In this document: positions 49,171 through 60,365 of the stretch, piece by piece
Layout: each line of letters starts with the position of its first letter
Numbering within the stretch: the stretch's first letter is position 1
Source: Plasmodiophora brassicae
Lineage: Eukaryota
Assembly: GCA_036867785.1 (NCBI GenBank)
Contig: CP145427.1
Location: forward strand, 1 to 64,000
Length of the DNA: 64,000 nt
Reading direction: 5' to 3'
The notes under the pieces: model-generated
Database searches by the model: none
What the model saw: only the letters and a program-made list of their open reading frames with translations
What the model was told of the DNA's origin: nothing
Translations under genes and position numbers: made by a program

Positions 49171-49589
49171 TGACAGCATCGGCGCTGGACTTGTTCATCG
49201 GCGCGCCCCGCATTCCCACTGTTCGAGGTTCTGATTGAGGCGGGTCGGCGCCGCCCCGCCTCAACGTTGAGCCGGCTCACCGTCACTGTACGTTACCACA
49301 TCTAGCGTATGATTCAATGACGACGCGCCAGTGCTAGACGGTGCCTGGAAGCAGCAGAAGGGTACGAAGTTTTCCGTCGTCGTGTTCCTGGTCGAGGCGC
49401 TGTTCGTCTGGATCGTCGAATCCGGTGTAGAATCACTTAGGTACAGCTGGATATCGTCAACGAGCTTTGAGTCGACAACCGGAGCCCTTTTCTTCTACAA
49501 TAGAGCTTGGTGCAGCGTGTAGACCGGACCCAACTAGGCCACGAGAGCAGCTGCTCTCGTGGCCTAGTTGGGCGGTCCGGTCTACAAGC

Positions 49590-49900
49590 AGGTATGACCG
49601 CTTGATGGGATACCTGCAAACGATACGGCAAGGTCGACTTGAAGATCCCAGGCGAAACACGTTTCGAGGCCACCAGAACGAAAAGAACAACTTGGAATGT
49701 GTCTCCTATTCGGCTATACTGGCCTATTGTCGACACTGTGTTTTGTGGACACGTTTCGGTAAATGTTCAACGGATTTCCAGCTAAACCATATCTGATCTG
49801 GACGCGCAAACGTAAGCCTACAGCACACCCCATTCTATCAATATTGCCAATTACAGATGAAACGTATACAGGTAGTGTGACGGCCGGATATGCCAATGCG
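49590..49900 (+). pseudogene. Possible hAT transposase fragment
   Basis: A + frame reads KVDLKIPGETRF, resembling the hAT L..P..TR(W/F) motif; the rest is degraded. Confidence 0.3.
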
Positions 49901-49912
49901 AACCAACCTACG

Positions 49913-49962
49913 GTAGGTCGAACGTGCAGGTTGGACGAACATCGCATTAGGGCTGATCCCAT
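49913..49962 (+). repeat. 50-bp perfect direct repeat, left copy (partner at 54895-54944)
   Basis: GTAGGTCGAACGTGCAGGTTGGACGAACATCGCATTAGGGCTGATCCCAT occurs twice, 4982 bp apart. Confidence 0.95.
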
Positions 49963-50046
49963 TATTATTCTCCCACGGATTTCCAAAGTGGATGGAATCT
50001 CAGTGTATTGAGATTCAATGTGAACATCATACTCTTCAATGCATCA

Positions 50047-51198
50047 TCAAGAACACGAGGATCGCGGTGACCTGTTGAGGAAAGAGTTCAGAGATTGAGC
50101 TGTCGTTCTGTTCGTCCGAGCCGTTACCAATGTAGTGGTCATACTGCTCGCAATCGCAGCGGGTTTCGAAGATGAGGTTGGATGAGATGTCGATAGTGTT
50201 GGAGCTGGGCTCGATATCGTTCCAATCTGCGTTGATTTCGAGGTTGCAGGAGTCGACGACGGTGGCGACGGCCTGAACTTGATCGGTACCGATATCTGAT
50301 AGATGGACGTCGGTGAATTAGCATTCGGATTTGTCGATGTCTCAAAGGCTATGGATGATCCATCGGGAGACCAGCTCGCTGCTCCATCATATCCAGCACT
50401 ATTTGTGATAAAGACCGGATTCGTTGAGCCCGATATCGACACGATGGCGATACGAGCGCCAACGGTCGTGCTGTCGGCACCGGAGAAGACGATGAATTGT
50501 CCATCAGGAGAGAACGCTGCATCGGTCGACGACCATGTCGTTGGCGTCACTCGGGTTATACTACTTCCATCAGTGTTCATCGTGTAAATCGCCCAGTCGT
50601 TTGTGAATCTCTGGAACAGAACCTTATCGCCTTTGGGGGACCAATTCGGCTGACGATCTTGGGAACCTGAAGTCAGCCTTTTCAGACCGGTTCCGTCCGA
50701 ATTAACCATCCAGATTTCTGCCGATGTAGAAGAGATCGACGACTCGAACACGAGCTGACTGGCGTCGGATGAAAAGCTCGGTTCGATATAGCTCGCTCCG
50801 TTGTGATTGGTCACCTGACGATAACCAGAACCGTCCGAATTCACGACTGATATCTCATCAGTCGTAGCGCCATCGGCAGCGAGCGTGATGGTCCCGTGAG
50901 CGCTCCAGCACGACCCAGGCAGATTCACAAACGCACGGGAGTTGTCATTGACAATGGTCTTCAATGGACCGCTGCTCGTGGTCGACATGGAATAGACGCC
51001 TGCAGGACCAAGATTATAACCTCCATGCCAAAGAGTCAGAGCCAGATTTGTGCCATCGTAACTATAGCAGGGATTTTGGGCTGAATCTTTCCCCGTTGGA
51101 ACGTAAATGGCGCAAGCACCATCGGCACGACATGATAGCGCAGTGACCGATAGAGTTTGAAGACCAGCGATTGCGATAACGACGATGACAGAACCCAT
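50047..51198 (-). CDS. Secreted TolB-like (PD40/WD40-like) beta-propeller with a Ser/Thr/Pro-rich tail
   Basis: Intronless 383-aa ORF with a signal peptide. Blade repeats EPSFSSDASQLVFES, QPNWSPKGDKVLFQ, DAAFSPDGQFIVFS, AASWSPDGSSIAFE and IWMVNSDGTGLKRLT. Confidence 0.85.
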   Translation of the reverse strand: MGSVIVVIAIAGLQTLSVTALSCRADGACAIYVPTGKDSAQNPCYSYDGTNLALTLWHGGYNLGPAGVYSMSTTSSGPLKTIVNDNSRAFVNLPGSCWSAHGTITLAADGATTDEISVVNSDGSGYRQVTNHNGASYIEPSFSSDASQLVFESSISSTSAEIWMVNSDGTGLKRLTSGSQDRQPNWSPKGDKVLFQRFTNDWAIYTMNTDGSSITRVTPTTWSSTDAAFSPDGQFIVFSGADSTTVGARIAIVSISGSTNPVFITNSAGYDGAASWSPDGSSIAFETSTNPNANSPTSIYQISVPIKFRPSPPSSTPATSKSTQIGTISSPAPTLSTSHPTSSSKPAAIASSMTTTLVTARTNRTTAQSLNSFLNRSPRSSCS

Positions 51199-51352
51199 GA
51201 GATGACTGATGATATGATGTTTAGCTACTCGGATATTATCAACGGCACGCGAATTGGATCTTCTAGGAACAGATTGCGGTTGCCCTGATATCGTATTGGT
51301 GATATGGTGTTTAGCTCGTCTGATATTATCAACGGCACGCGAATTGGATCTT

Positions 51353-54300
51353 CTAGGAATGGAAATGCCCGATCTTGTAGTGCCCGGGCCTATGATTTTC
51401 CGCTGCTCGCACGTTGGTCCGGAGAACGTGCTGAAGCATCAGCGCTTCTGTTAGCGCAATGCCGGCGTCCAGAGATCCGAACTTCTTCTTCAGAACGCGG
51501 TGGTTGCTTTCACAGCAATTGGTTCCCCTTGAGCATCGGTACAGCGTCAGCCCGTTGGGACCGACGCCAATTCTCCTGATAGAAGACGTAGTCGTCTCCG
51601 TCAGGATCGCTACAACAACCTTTGTCAATGTGCTCAAGCAGGTTCGGAAGATCTCTGTGCGCCCGATCGTCGAACAACGGCACTCCTGGAAAACATCCAA
51701 CAGGTCAGAAGACGTATGATAGAAAGTCCAATTTGATACCGCAATGTTCAGAAGATTCGCGAAATGGCCGCATGCCTCTTGGACTCGTCCACGAAGGACA
51801 CTTGGAACAGGAATTCGGCGTCGAACACCTCGCAGGAGGTAGTCTCTACGATGAACCCGCCAATACAGAGGATCCTCCCCACACGCTCGTAAACTCGCTT
51901 CTACCTATGGCCAAGATCACTAATCCGAAGCTGGAGGCTACAGTGGTTACAAGACCTTGGCCAGATCGTCTTGGTTCCAAGTGATCACGTACAGGCTATA
52001 GAAGTGATGCGACTTCTTCACCTTGACGCGCTTCATCAGGTGAAATACGTCCTGAAGACAGCATTGGACAGGTTCGTCGTACCTCGACTCCGGAGCTAAA
52101 CATACAAATTGAGACAAACCGAGACAACCGGAAGCGACATGCGGTCTTACAATCGGGGCTATCAACCAACTGGTTGTCGTGGGTGTGAACGTGATCGCTT
52201 TGTATGGCTGCTCATTGTCGTCAAATTTCATTACCATAAAGAAGAAAAGAGCGGGCTTACGCATGGAACGCGGACGCAGGGACGAGACGTCTACAAGCAG
52301 AGTGAACGGGCACTCGCCGAAGGAGCCAAGAGAACGTGATGATCCGATCGGGTATTTAGAGGCAGCCGCACTTGCGATAACCTAAAGAAGTGCACAACGC
52401 AAGGTGAATTTTCACATTATATGCAATAGAGACGACAGCAGACCTCTTCTATCTGAACGAGGACACGGGTCCTGGTTCCTCTTGTGCGTTCCCAAAACTG
52501 AATCTGCCCCAAAGGCAAGATCTGTCCCCTGGCGGCGATACTGTGTCCAGCCATAGCTCGACCGCCATGCCTGTCAGAGGAGTCGGTGCGCCACCAAGAG
52601 CTCGCGGCGATTCTTCCGGCGCAAGGCGAACCGACGGGTCGGGTACATGGGCGAGTCGCAAATAGACCAAAAGACCAGCATAAGCATCCAGAGCCGCATA
52701 GGCCAGCTGCACAAACATGTGAGAATTCGCAATTAGTTGCCTTGATATCGAATCCGTACCTGGTCCTCAGAGAGCAGGTCAGCAGTCCACTGCGATCGTC
52801 GGATACGGCTTGGCTCCGGCAATTCGCGCCAAAGCACGTTAGCCACAAGCTTCGCCAAACACGACCCTTGCATAGCAGCATTGAGGCGAGCCGTCATACC
52901 ACTCAACTCAATCCAGGACTTTTGCAAGGATCCATCGGGTGAATCCACAACAAGATCGTAATCCTCTGACAGACGCTTCTTGTCGGTGCCAATGGATTTT
53001 CCGACTTTAAGCACGCGCGACGACTCGAGCAGCTGTTTCAGCTTCCGAGGAATTTTCCCCAGCTTCGAGAGGCGGAAGACGTAGACGCTCCCGTCGCCTT
53101 CGAAGGCAACCTGAAGCGTCGCCACCTTCGACCGCTGTCCCGCCGCCAAAATCCATTGGCATCGACAAGAAGCGTCTGTCAGAGGATTACGATCTTGTTG
53201 TGGATTCACCCGATGGGTCCTTGCAAAAGTCCTGGATTGAGTTGAGTGCTATGACGGCTCGCCTCAATGCTGCTATGCAAGGGTCGAGTTTGGCGAAGCT
53301 TGTGAGTCCCACTCACAGTCAATGCCTGCAGCAACGGGACGACGAGACTCCTGAGCCTTGCTAATCCATGTGGTGGCGATGGCGTCTGCAGGCCCTTCGT
53401 GCGATATGAGGATGGGCATACCGGGCAGGGTCAGGTTCGGCAACACGGGGCCTGGAGCTGACACACTGTCTCGCAGGTAGGGGAAGCACTCCATGACCAG
53501 CGATTCGTCTTCGCAACACTAAACACGGCATGCTAAGCGGGCGGAGAAAGTCAAACCCAGTGCGATGGTCGCACCTTGTCAGTAAAGATCACGTTGGGCT
53601 TCGACTGGCCAAGCAGGTCTCGGACATGTAGCCGCTGCTTAATGCCGTTCTTTATCTAGTTGTGCCAAGTCAGGTACGAAAGAAGGCAACTGTAAAAACA
53701 TTTGACAGTAACCGACCTGGCCGAATCCGGTACCGACAGTAAAAAAGAACATGACAATTTCCCCAAATTCGTTGGTCGCCTGAACAAACAACTGATTTAG
53801 AAGTGCTACGTGGACGCTCTGAGTTTACAACCTGAAACAAACTGTCGAAGATGCGATGCCCAGCAAGTTCATCGACGAAGCATATCAAGAACGTGACCTC
53901 CATCATGCGACGTACAATGCGCTCTGCGGTTATTATATGCCAAAGGAAACCGTGTGAAAAATCGTATGCAAGAGAAGATGCTGATCGGCGAAGTGCATCG
54001 ACAGTTATGTAAGCCTTCTGAAGAAAGGTCTGATGGCGGAATACAGATGCCAAAACGGGGCCTTCTCGTCCACGACACTGGGATCGAACTTTTCAGGCCG
54101 CCAAGAGTCACCGAAGAAAGCGGTTTCCTTTGGCATATAGTAACCGCAGAGCGCATTGTACGTCGCACGAAGGAGGCCACGTCGTTCTTGATATGAGGTC
54201 GACATTCGAAATAATGTCACAAACCTTGGAGGCGGGAAGCTGGGTCTTCTTCCGACACGATCTCTTTCGAGGCTGTTTATCGGGGCCTCGTTTACCATTA

Positions 54301-54700
54301 CATCCATTCTTGACAGCACCCGTGCCTGCACCGAGGACGCCCCGCCCATTTGGAAGCGTCAGCCGTAGATAAAGGAAAGACCGTTCTGCGAGGCGCAGGT
54401 CGCCAACCGTAGTAGCAGTCTCGAACTTGCGATAGTACGCGTCGCGTTTGTCTGTAACATGCAGATCGACAGGGTCCGGAATGTGACGTGTGCGACATTC
54501 CTGGACAACCTGCTCCAGCGTGGTCGCATTGGTGACGTCAAGGCTGAGGAAGCACGCTCCAATCCAGAATGGTATCGAAATTCTTCAGGAATACAAACGT
54601 GAACTTGATACCAGGTCCGCTGGAGACGCCTGCGAGGCCACAGCAATCGGTTTCGACACTGCAAGTACAAGATGTCGAACAACATTACTTTCGATGCATG
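51353..54700 (-). pseudogene. KDZ-superfamily (Zisupton/Dileera-like) transposase relic with an embedded DnaQ/WRN-like 3'-5' exonuclease domain
   Basis: Collinear motifs: PNVIFTDK|CCEDESLVMECFPYL; exonuclease GIDCEWD..KVATLQV..LKVGKSIGTDKKRL..IRRSQW; LQDVFHLMKRV; GLTLYRCSRGTNCCESNH. Disrupted by stops and inverted insertions. The 5' boundary is approximate. Confidence 0.7.
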
Positions 54701-54894
54701 TCCGCAATCAGAAACACGATCATAACAAGAGCATCACACAGGGATAGTAGAGACAGAGCACTCCGACGATCATAAGCGTCGCGACAGACGTCGCCATACC
54801 CCTCCTCTACAACCACCACCGATCAGATCGACTCACTTGGCCACGCGGGGTCCGTGAACCCCCCAAATCGGGATTAATCCGACTACCTATGTAT

Positions 54895-54944
54895 GTAGGT
54901 CGAACGTGCAGGTTGGACGAACATCGCATTAGGGCTGATCCCAT
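54895..54944 (+). repeat. 50-bp perfect direct repeat, right copy
   Basis: Identical to 49913-49962. Confidence 0.95.
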
Positions 54945-55377
54945 ATAAGACAAGCAGTCTACTCCGCGGCGCACTCCGCAGGCTGCAGAGCGACCGCACA
55001 TCCAGTTCATGGCGGAGGCGCTCCGTCGACGATGCCTGCGTCCCCGCCATGAATTACGTCGGTCGATGTGCTGTCCTGGAGTACATTACCGGCCTATCGT
55101 ATGCGTTCCAAAAAGCCGTTCCAGCATGAATTCTTCAGTTGCTGGATTGGAAGAAAGAGCGCTAGATCACCCTTTTAATGGCAGTCATCACTAAAAACAC
55201 GCCGCCTTGGTTTTGAGTTGCACCAATGTAATTGACCGATTAGACGGTAGACCCGGAGGCATAGCTACGTCGGCCGACGACAAGACGCGAATCTTGCCAT
55301 CGACTACCGTACCCGGCCTCGCCCTGCAGGACAATAGGTGATAGAATACACATTGCATTGGGCTTGTATTCGATGCA

Positions 55378-57011
55378 TTACGCATCGGCATTCTTGGACT
55401 TCTTTTTCGTCTTCTTCTTTTCTTTGCCATCCTTCTTCGACTTCTTCGTTACCGGCTGCTCTTCTTCGCCATTGGCCTCCGCCTCCGCCTTTCGCTTCTT
55501 CTTCTCCTTCTTGTCCTCGGCACCCTTGGACTTCGTCGTCGGCGCCTTCTCGGGTTCCGCGTCAGCGGCAGTAGGCGCTTCAGTCATGACGATATCAGCA
55601 GCCGGGTTGTATGCCCTGCCCGCATCCTTAGCCTTGACGTACTTCTCCTGCTTCCTGCTGTCCTTGCCGTTGCCACTGAGCGTGTGCATGCGACCGGCCT
55701 CCAACGACCGCAACCGGGCCTCAACCTTCTCCCTGTTCGCAAACCCGATCGTGACACCCTCTGCGTCGCCGAGCGCATCGACACGAGCAGCCAGAGACGT
55801 CTTCCCGGCCAGGACACGCGAGATCTTGCCCTTGTGCTTCGGCGCGCTCTGTCCCACCAGACTCGCGTGATAGATCAGACCGTACTTGGGCGTGTCATGT
55901 TTCGTTTTCAGCGCCCGGAACAGAGCCTGCAACAGTACCATTAGCGGCCAGAACCTGTAGCAGTCGATGGATGACGCGTACCTTCTCAGCTCCCAGGATC
56001 TGGACCGTAGAAGCGGGAGCCTTGGCGAGGTTGATCAGGGAGCCAGCGTGGGCGATCAGACGGGCGCCGACGAGCTCGCCGACCATGACGGTGAGGTTCG
56101 GGGCGATGGCCGCCATGCGGTTCTTGAGGTAGTCGTAGAGCGAGGCACGGTACTCGGCGATGGAGACGACCTGGTCGCACAGCGAGTGGATGTGCGTGAT
56201 ATCATCCACCGACACTTCTGTGCCCATCGACACCTCCGCTGCTTCCTTCACTTCGGTCTCCGTCTCCTCGTCCAAGATATCCGACAGGTCCATCGCTGCC
56301 GCGTTGGAGCGAATACCCATCTTCCGAACAACCTGGTGCCCTCATCATAAGAACGTGAGGCGATACGAAACGGGTGACGTACGGTACCTTTGCGTAAACG
56401 ATGGTGTCGGGAACGATCTTGGCCATTTCCGGGAAGTGCCAGCCGTACCATTCGCGGACACGCATGGCGTACGTGTTCAGCTCCTTGTCGAGCTCGTCGA
56501 GCAGGGCGATGGCCTGGATGATCATCGTGTCGACCTTATCGGGCGAGAACTTGATCTTGTGTCGGGACAGCGAGTGCGACAGACCCAGTGTCATCGTGCG
56601 AAGCTCCGCGTCGGGCATACCGGTCAGGAGCGACGACAACTGGGAACGAATCCCACGGTACAGCTGCTGTGCCATGGAGTCGCACAGGCACTGGATGCCG
56701 AGCTTGTCCTTGATGGCGGCGCCTAGCGACGGGTCCGCAACGACGAGGGTATCGCTGACGTTCTTCTTAACGATCACCTTCTTCAGGAACGACTTCAAGT
56801 TCTTGTTCAGCGTTCCATCGCAGAGCGCCGTGGCGGCCTCCAGCGCCTCGTTCGTGTCAGTAAACTTCGAGAACGCCTGGAACGTGACGAACTTCTTCGC
56901 ACGGTCCTCATCCTCGAAGTACTCGTGGATGGAGTCCACCTTCGCGAGCTTGTTGTCCTTCAGCGTCTTGAACAGCGCATACCCGGCCGGCGTCTCATAG
57001 AGGACCAGCAT
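55378..57011 (-). CDS. NOP58: Nucleolar protein 58 (box C/D snoRNP), 3 exons
   Basis: [107 protein letters not shown] and a KKE-rich tail. Confidence 0.96.
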
Positions 57012-57893
57012 CGCGTCCAGCGCTGCTGCTGCAGAGAATGACTTCCTGTCACGCAACTCCGCAACTCCGCCACGGACTCCGCGAGCCCTGCTCGTATAGA
57101 CCGTACAGTGGCCCGCACATATCCGGCACCGTCGAACAGTAGGCATACCTATCCATTCGTACATATCCTGGTTGTGCTCAACGTGCCAGCCCGGCAGGAT
57201 GCAGAACGAGTTGGTCCCGAAACCACATGTGGGCAACGTGTTGTAATTCACCAGTTCTCGCCCATCCGCTGGCCAAACGCGTTCGTAAATGGCAGGGTCG
57301 ACAGCGCGGCGCCTAATGTGACCCCTGTGGCGACCGGTAGGCAGCACCGGGCGCGTCGTCTGTATCTGCAGGCCGCACGATCCATGGCATCGGCAGCGTT
57401 CCCCGAAGCGCCACACTCTTGTACATGCCCGTTTTCTTTCAACGCAGGCCAGTCGCCGCGATGTATCTGGCACTTTGGCGCATATCGTTTCATCGCGAAC
57501 GTCCTTCCGGGCGTTGCCTCCTGTATCGACGTCGACGTCGGCCTACGTCCTGGTCGACGTCATATCAGCCCGGTCGCCCTGCCCTGGTCATTGTCATTGC
57601 CAGCGTGGGTGACACGCTGCCCGAATGATACCGACCAGCTGATCAGGCCGTATCGAGGTTCGCGTCGTCGGTGTCCGCGACTGCAGGCGCACCTGTCGCG
57701 CACCGGTGATACTCGTCCATGGTACGCATCGTCGACAGCGACAACGACCGTTTGTAATGGTCGGGTAGACGCCGCCAGCGATGCTCTGGCCGGTTCCTTG
57801 AGCGGGGCCGGGCCGGTACGTGGGGTGGGTGGGCCACATTCATTTTGCTTTATATTATCGTTGGCGTGTGGCGGCGTGGTCCGTTCGTGGGCA

Positions 57894-58935
57894 ATGTCGG
57901 CCAAGCATGCCGCGTTCGGGCCGCTGGACGCGCTCCTGCAGCGGACCGTGTCGGAGGCGATCCCGGCCGACCGGAAGATCGCGACGCTGCACCAGTTCTC
58001 GACGGTGAAGGCGGCGATCGAGCTGTTCATGACGAACCGCGTCCTGTCGGCGCCAGTGACGCGCCCGCACAAATCCATCGACAACGCCATGGAATGGATC
58101 GGGATCGTGTCCTACCACGACCTGCTGCGGTACCTGTCCGCCCAGGCGGACCCGCGCGCCTTCCTGGCCTCCACCATGGCCGATGTCATGGCGTTCGCCG
58201 CGTCGCCACCGCTGCAGATCGAATCGCGCAGCCACATCATCGACGCCATCGAGTTCCTGTCATCGGTCGGTCGCCTGCACCGCTGCATTGTCACTGGGCA
58301 CCCGGGATCCTCCCCGTCGTACAGCGTCGTGTCCCAGTCCGATATCAACCGGTTCGTCTCGTCGCACCTGTACGACGCTGCCGACCTGGCGCCGTTCGCG
58401 AACACGCAACTCGCCGACCTAGGTAGCAATGGCTGTCGCGCGTTCTCGCCACGTTTACCTAACGGCGGCCGCCAGGGTTCGCCTCCAAGTCGCCGTGTCA
58501 CGTCAAGGCCAGTCAGACGCTGAAGGACGCGATCAACATCATGGCGCAGAAGAGCGTATCCTGTCTTGCGATTGTCGACGGCGACCAGCACCTCGTTGGC
58601 AATTTCTCGCCATCCGACCTTCGTGGCATCGGTATGGCCCGGCCCGTCCATCCCTGTCTTGCGCGTCGTCGCGCTGAGCGCTGGCAGGCACCGAGATCAT
58701 TGACCTGCTGAACGTCAAGATCGTCGACGTGCTGAAGGCGCGGTCGCCGGAATCGCTGAAGCCCGTATCCGTATCGGCGACGGAGACGATCGGCGTACTG
58801 ATGGCGCGCATGGCGAATACACACCTGCACCACATCTGGCTGCAGGCGCCGAGCGGCAAGCCGGATGGCCTCGTCACACTAACGGACATCATGAACGTCC
58901 TGCTGAAGTTCGACCCATCGCCCGTCAAAGAGTAA
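57894..58935 (+). CDS. Four-CBS-domain protein (AMPK-gamma/SDS23-like), 3 exons
   Basis: CBS repeats NRVLSAPV..GIVSYHDLL, LHRCIV..VVSQSDI, VSCLAIVD..VGNFSPSDL, LHHIWL..GLVTLTDIM. Introns near 58423-58476 and 58632-58688. Confidence 0.85.
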
Positions 58936-59106
58936 TTAACTCGGTTCGCGTATCGTCGGCGGCGTTCACCGTTGCGTGTTTGCTGCGGGTTCACGTAGGC
59001 CAGGGGCAGGGAGATGGATGGGCGAGATATTTCCGTTCAGGGCGCGTGTGACGATCGGTCTCGTGCCCCTTGCAGGCACGACCGCGGTAGTCGAGCAGGT
59101 CGTACG

Positions 59107-59824
59107 ATGGCCGTCGAGTCGGACCCTGCTAGCCTGGAAGCGCATGCGGATCCTCCTCCGACGGCCCCAGCGGGGTTCGTCAGCGGGTACCTCCGGAAGC
59201 TAGCCGGGGCACACCGGGACAGCCCTGCACCCGCCCCATGGCAGCATACGGCGTACTCCACAGCCATCGCGATCGTATCGCTCGTCGTCGTCTTCAACAT
59301 CAACCGGGAGTCGCTGGATAACCTCCAGGACGTCGAGCTGCTGCTGGGGTCGTTCGGCGCCAGCTCCGTCCTGGTGTACCATGCGATCGAGTCGCCCATG
59401 GCTCAGCCGATGAACGTCGTCGCGGGGCATGCCCGTAGGCGATGTCTGATCTTCCGACAACGACTGGTTCTGACCGCTGCGCGTAGTGTCCGCTGTGGTC
59501 GGTGTGGCGATCGCAATGGTCGTGCCCGAGTCGATGCTATGGCTGGCGGGTCCCGTGTCGGTCGGCCTGGCGATCGCCGTCATGGCGCTGACGAACACGA
59601 CGCATCCGCCAGGGGGCGCCACCGCACTGACGGCCGTCATCGGCAGTGACCACCTGCGTTCCCTGGGGTTCTACTACGTCCTGCAACCTGTCCTCACCGG
59701 CGCCGTCGCCATGGTCATCTGCGCCGTCCTGCTCAATAACCTTCACCCGCAGCGACAGTATCCGTTGTACTGGGTCAATCAGGTGCGCCGGCAGCGAACC
59801 GACGGTTCACAAGGCAAAGCATAA
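59107..59824 (+). CDS. HPP family membrane protein, 2 exons
   Basis: LLGSFGASSVLVY..ESPMAQPMNVVAGH|LSAVVGV and THPPGGATAL. Intron 59435-59486. Confidence 0.92.
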
Positions 59825-60365
59825 ACCATACGAGGCCGACGTGGTCACCCCCGCGCAGGCCTGTGTCTGCGGCCAATAACGTTCCGATGGGGGCGAGCGC
59901 ACCATGGTGCATAACTGGACGAGATATCTTCTTGTGCGCGCGAGTACGTGGCGATCGATCGCGTGCCGCGCATGAGAGACGAAAGATGGTTCTCCTCGCC
60001 CTTTGTCTATGGACATTGCCTCATGTCGCTGTAGTTGCGTACGAATCCTGATCGGGCGCCGGTGATCACACTGTGCCCTGGGCAGGTGAAGGCCCTCTCT
60101 ACGGAAAGGCTCTTGTCCTGGACGTCGGTCGCAACGGGCCCTGTGATGACAGCCTTAGTATGCAGGCCCGAGATCAGGGGGGTCTGCCCTGACGTTGGTC
60201 ACCAATGGTGGCCATGGAATACGAGTCTCAGGACGAAGGACGCATTCGCTGCCTGGCCCTGGCCAGGCAACAGCTGAATGTTACTCGGGAAGTGCAAATC
60301 CAGCAATCGCATATTATGGCATTGCGATAGTAGCACTTCCTGCGACGGCAGACCAGCTCCACAGT

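Noticed and set aside
57012-57893. snoRNA or other ncRNA in the NOP58-CBS intergenic region
   Set aside because: No convincing C/D box pair with a terminal stem was seen by eye; it would need an Infernal/Rfam search.
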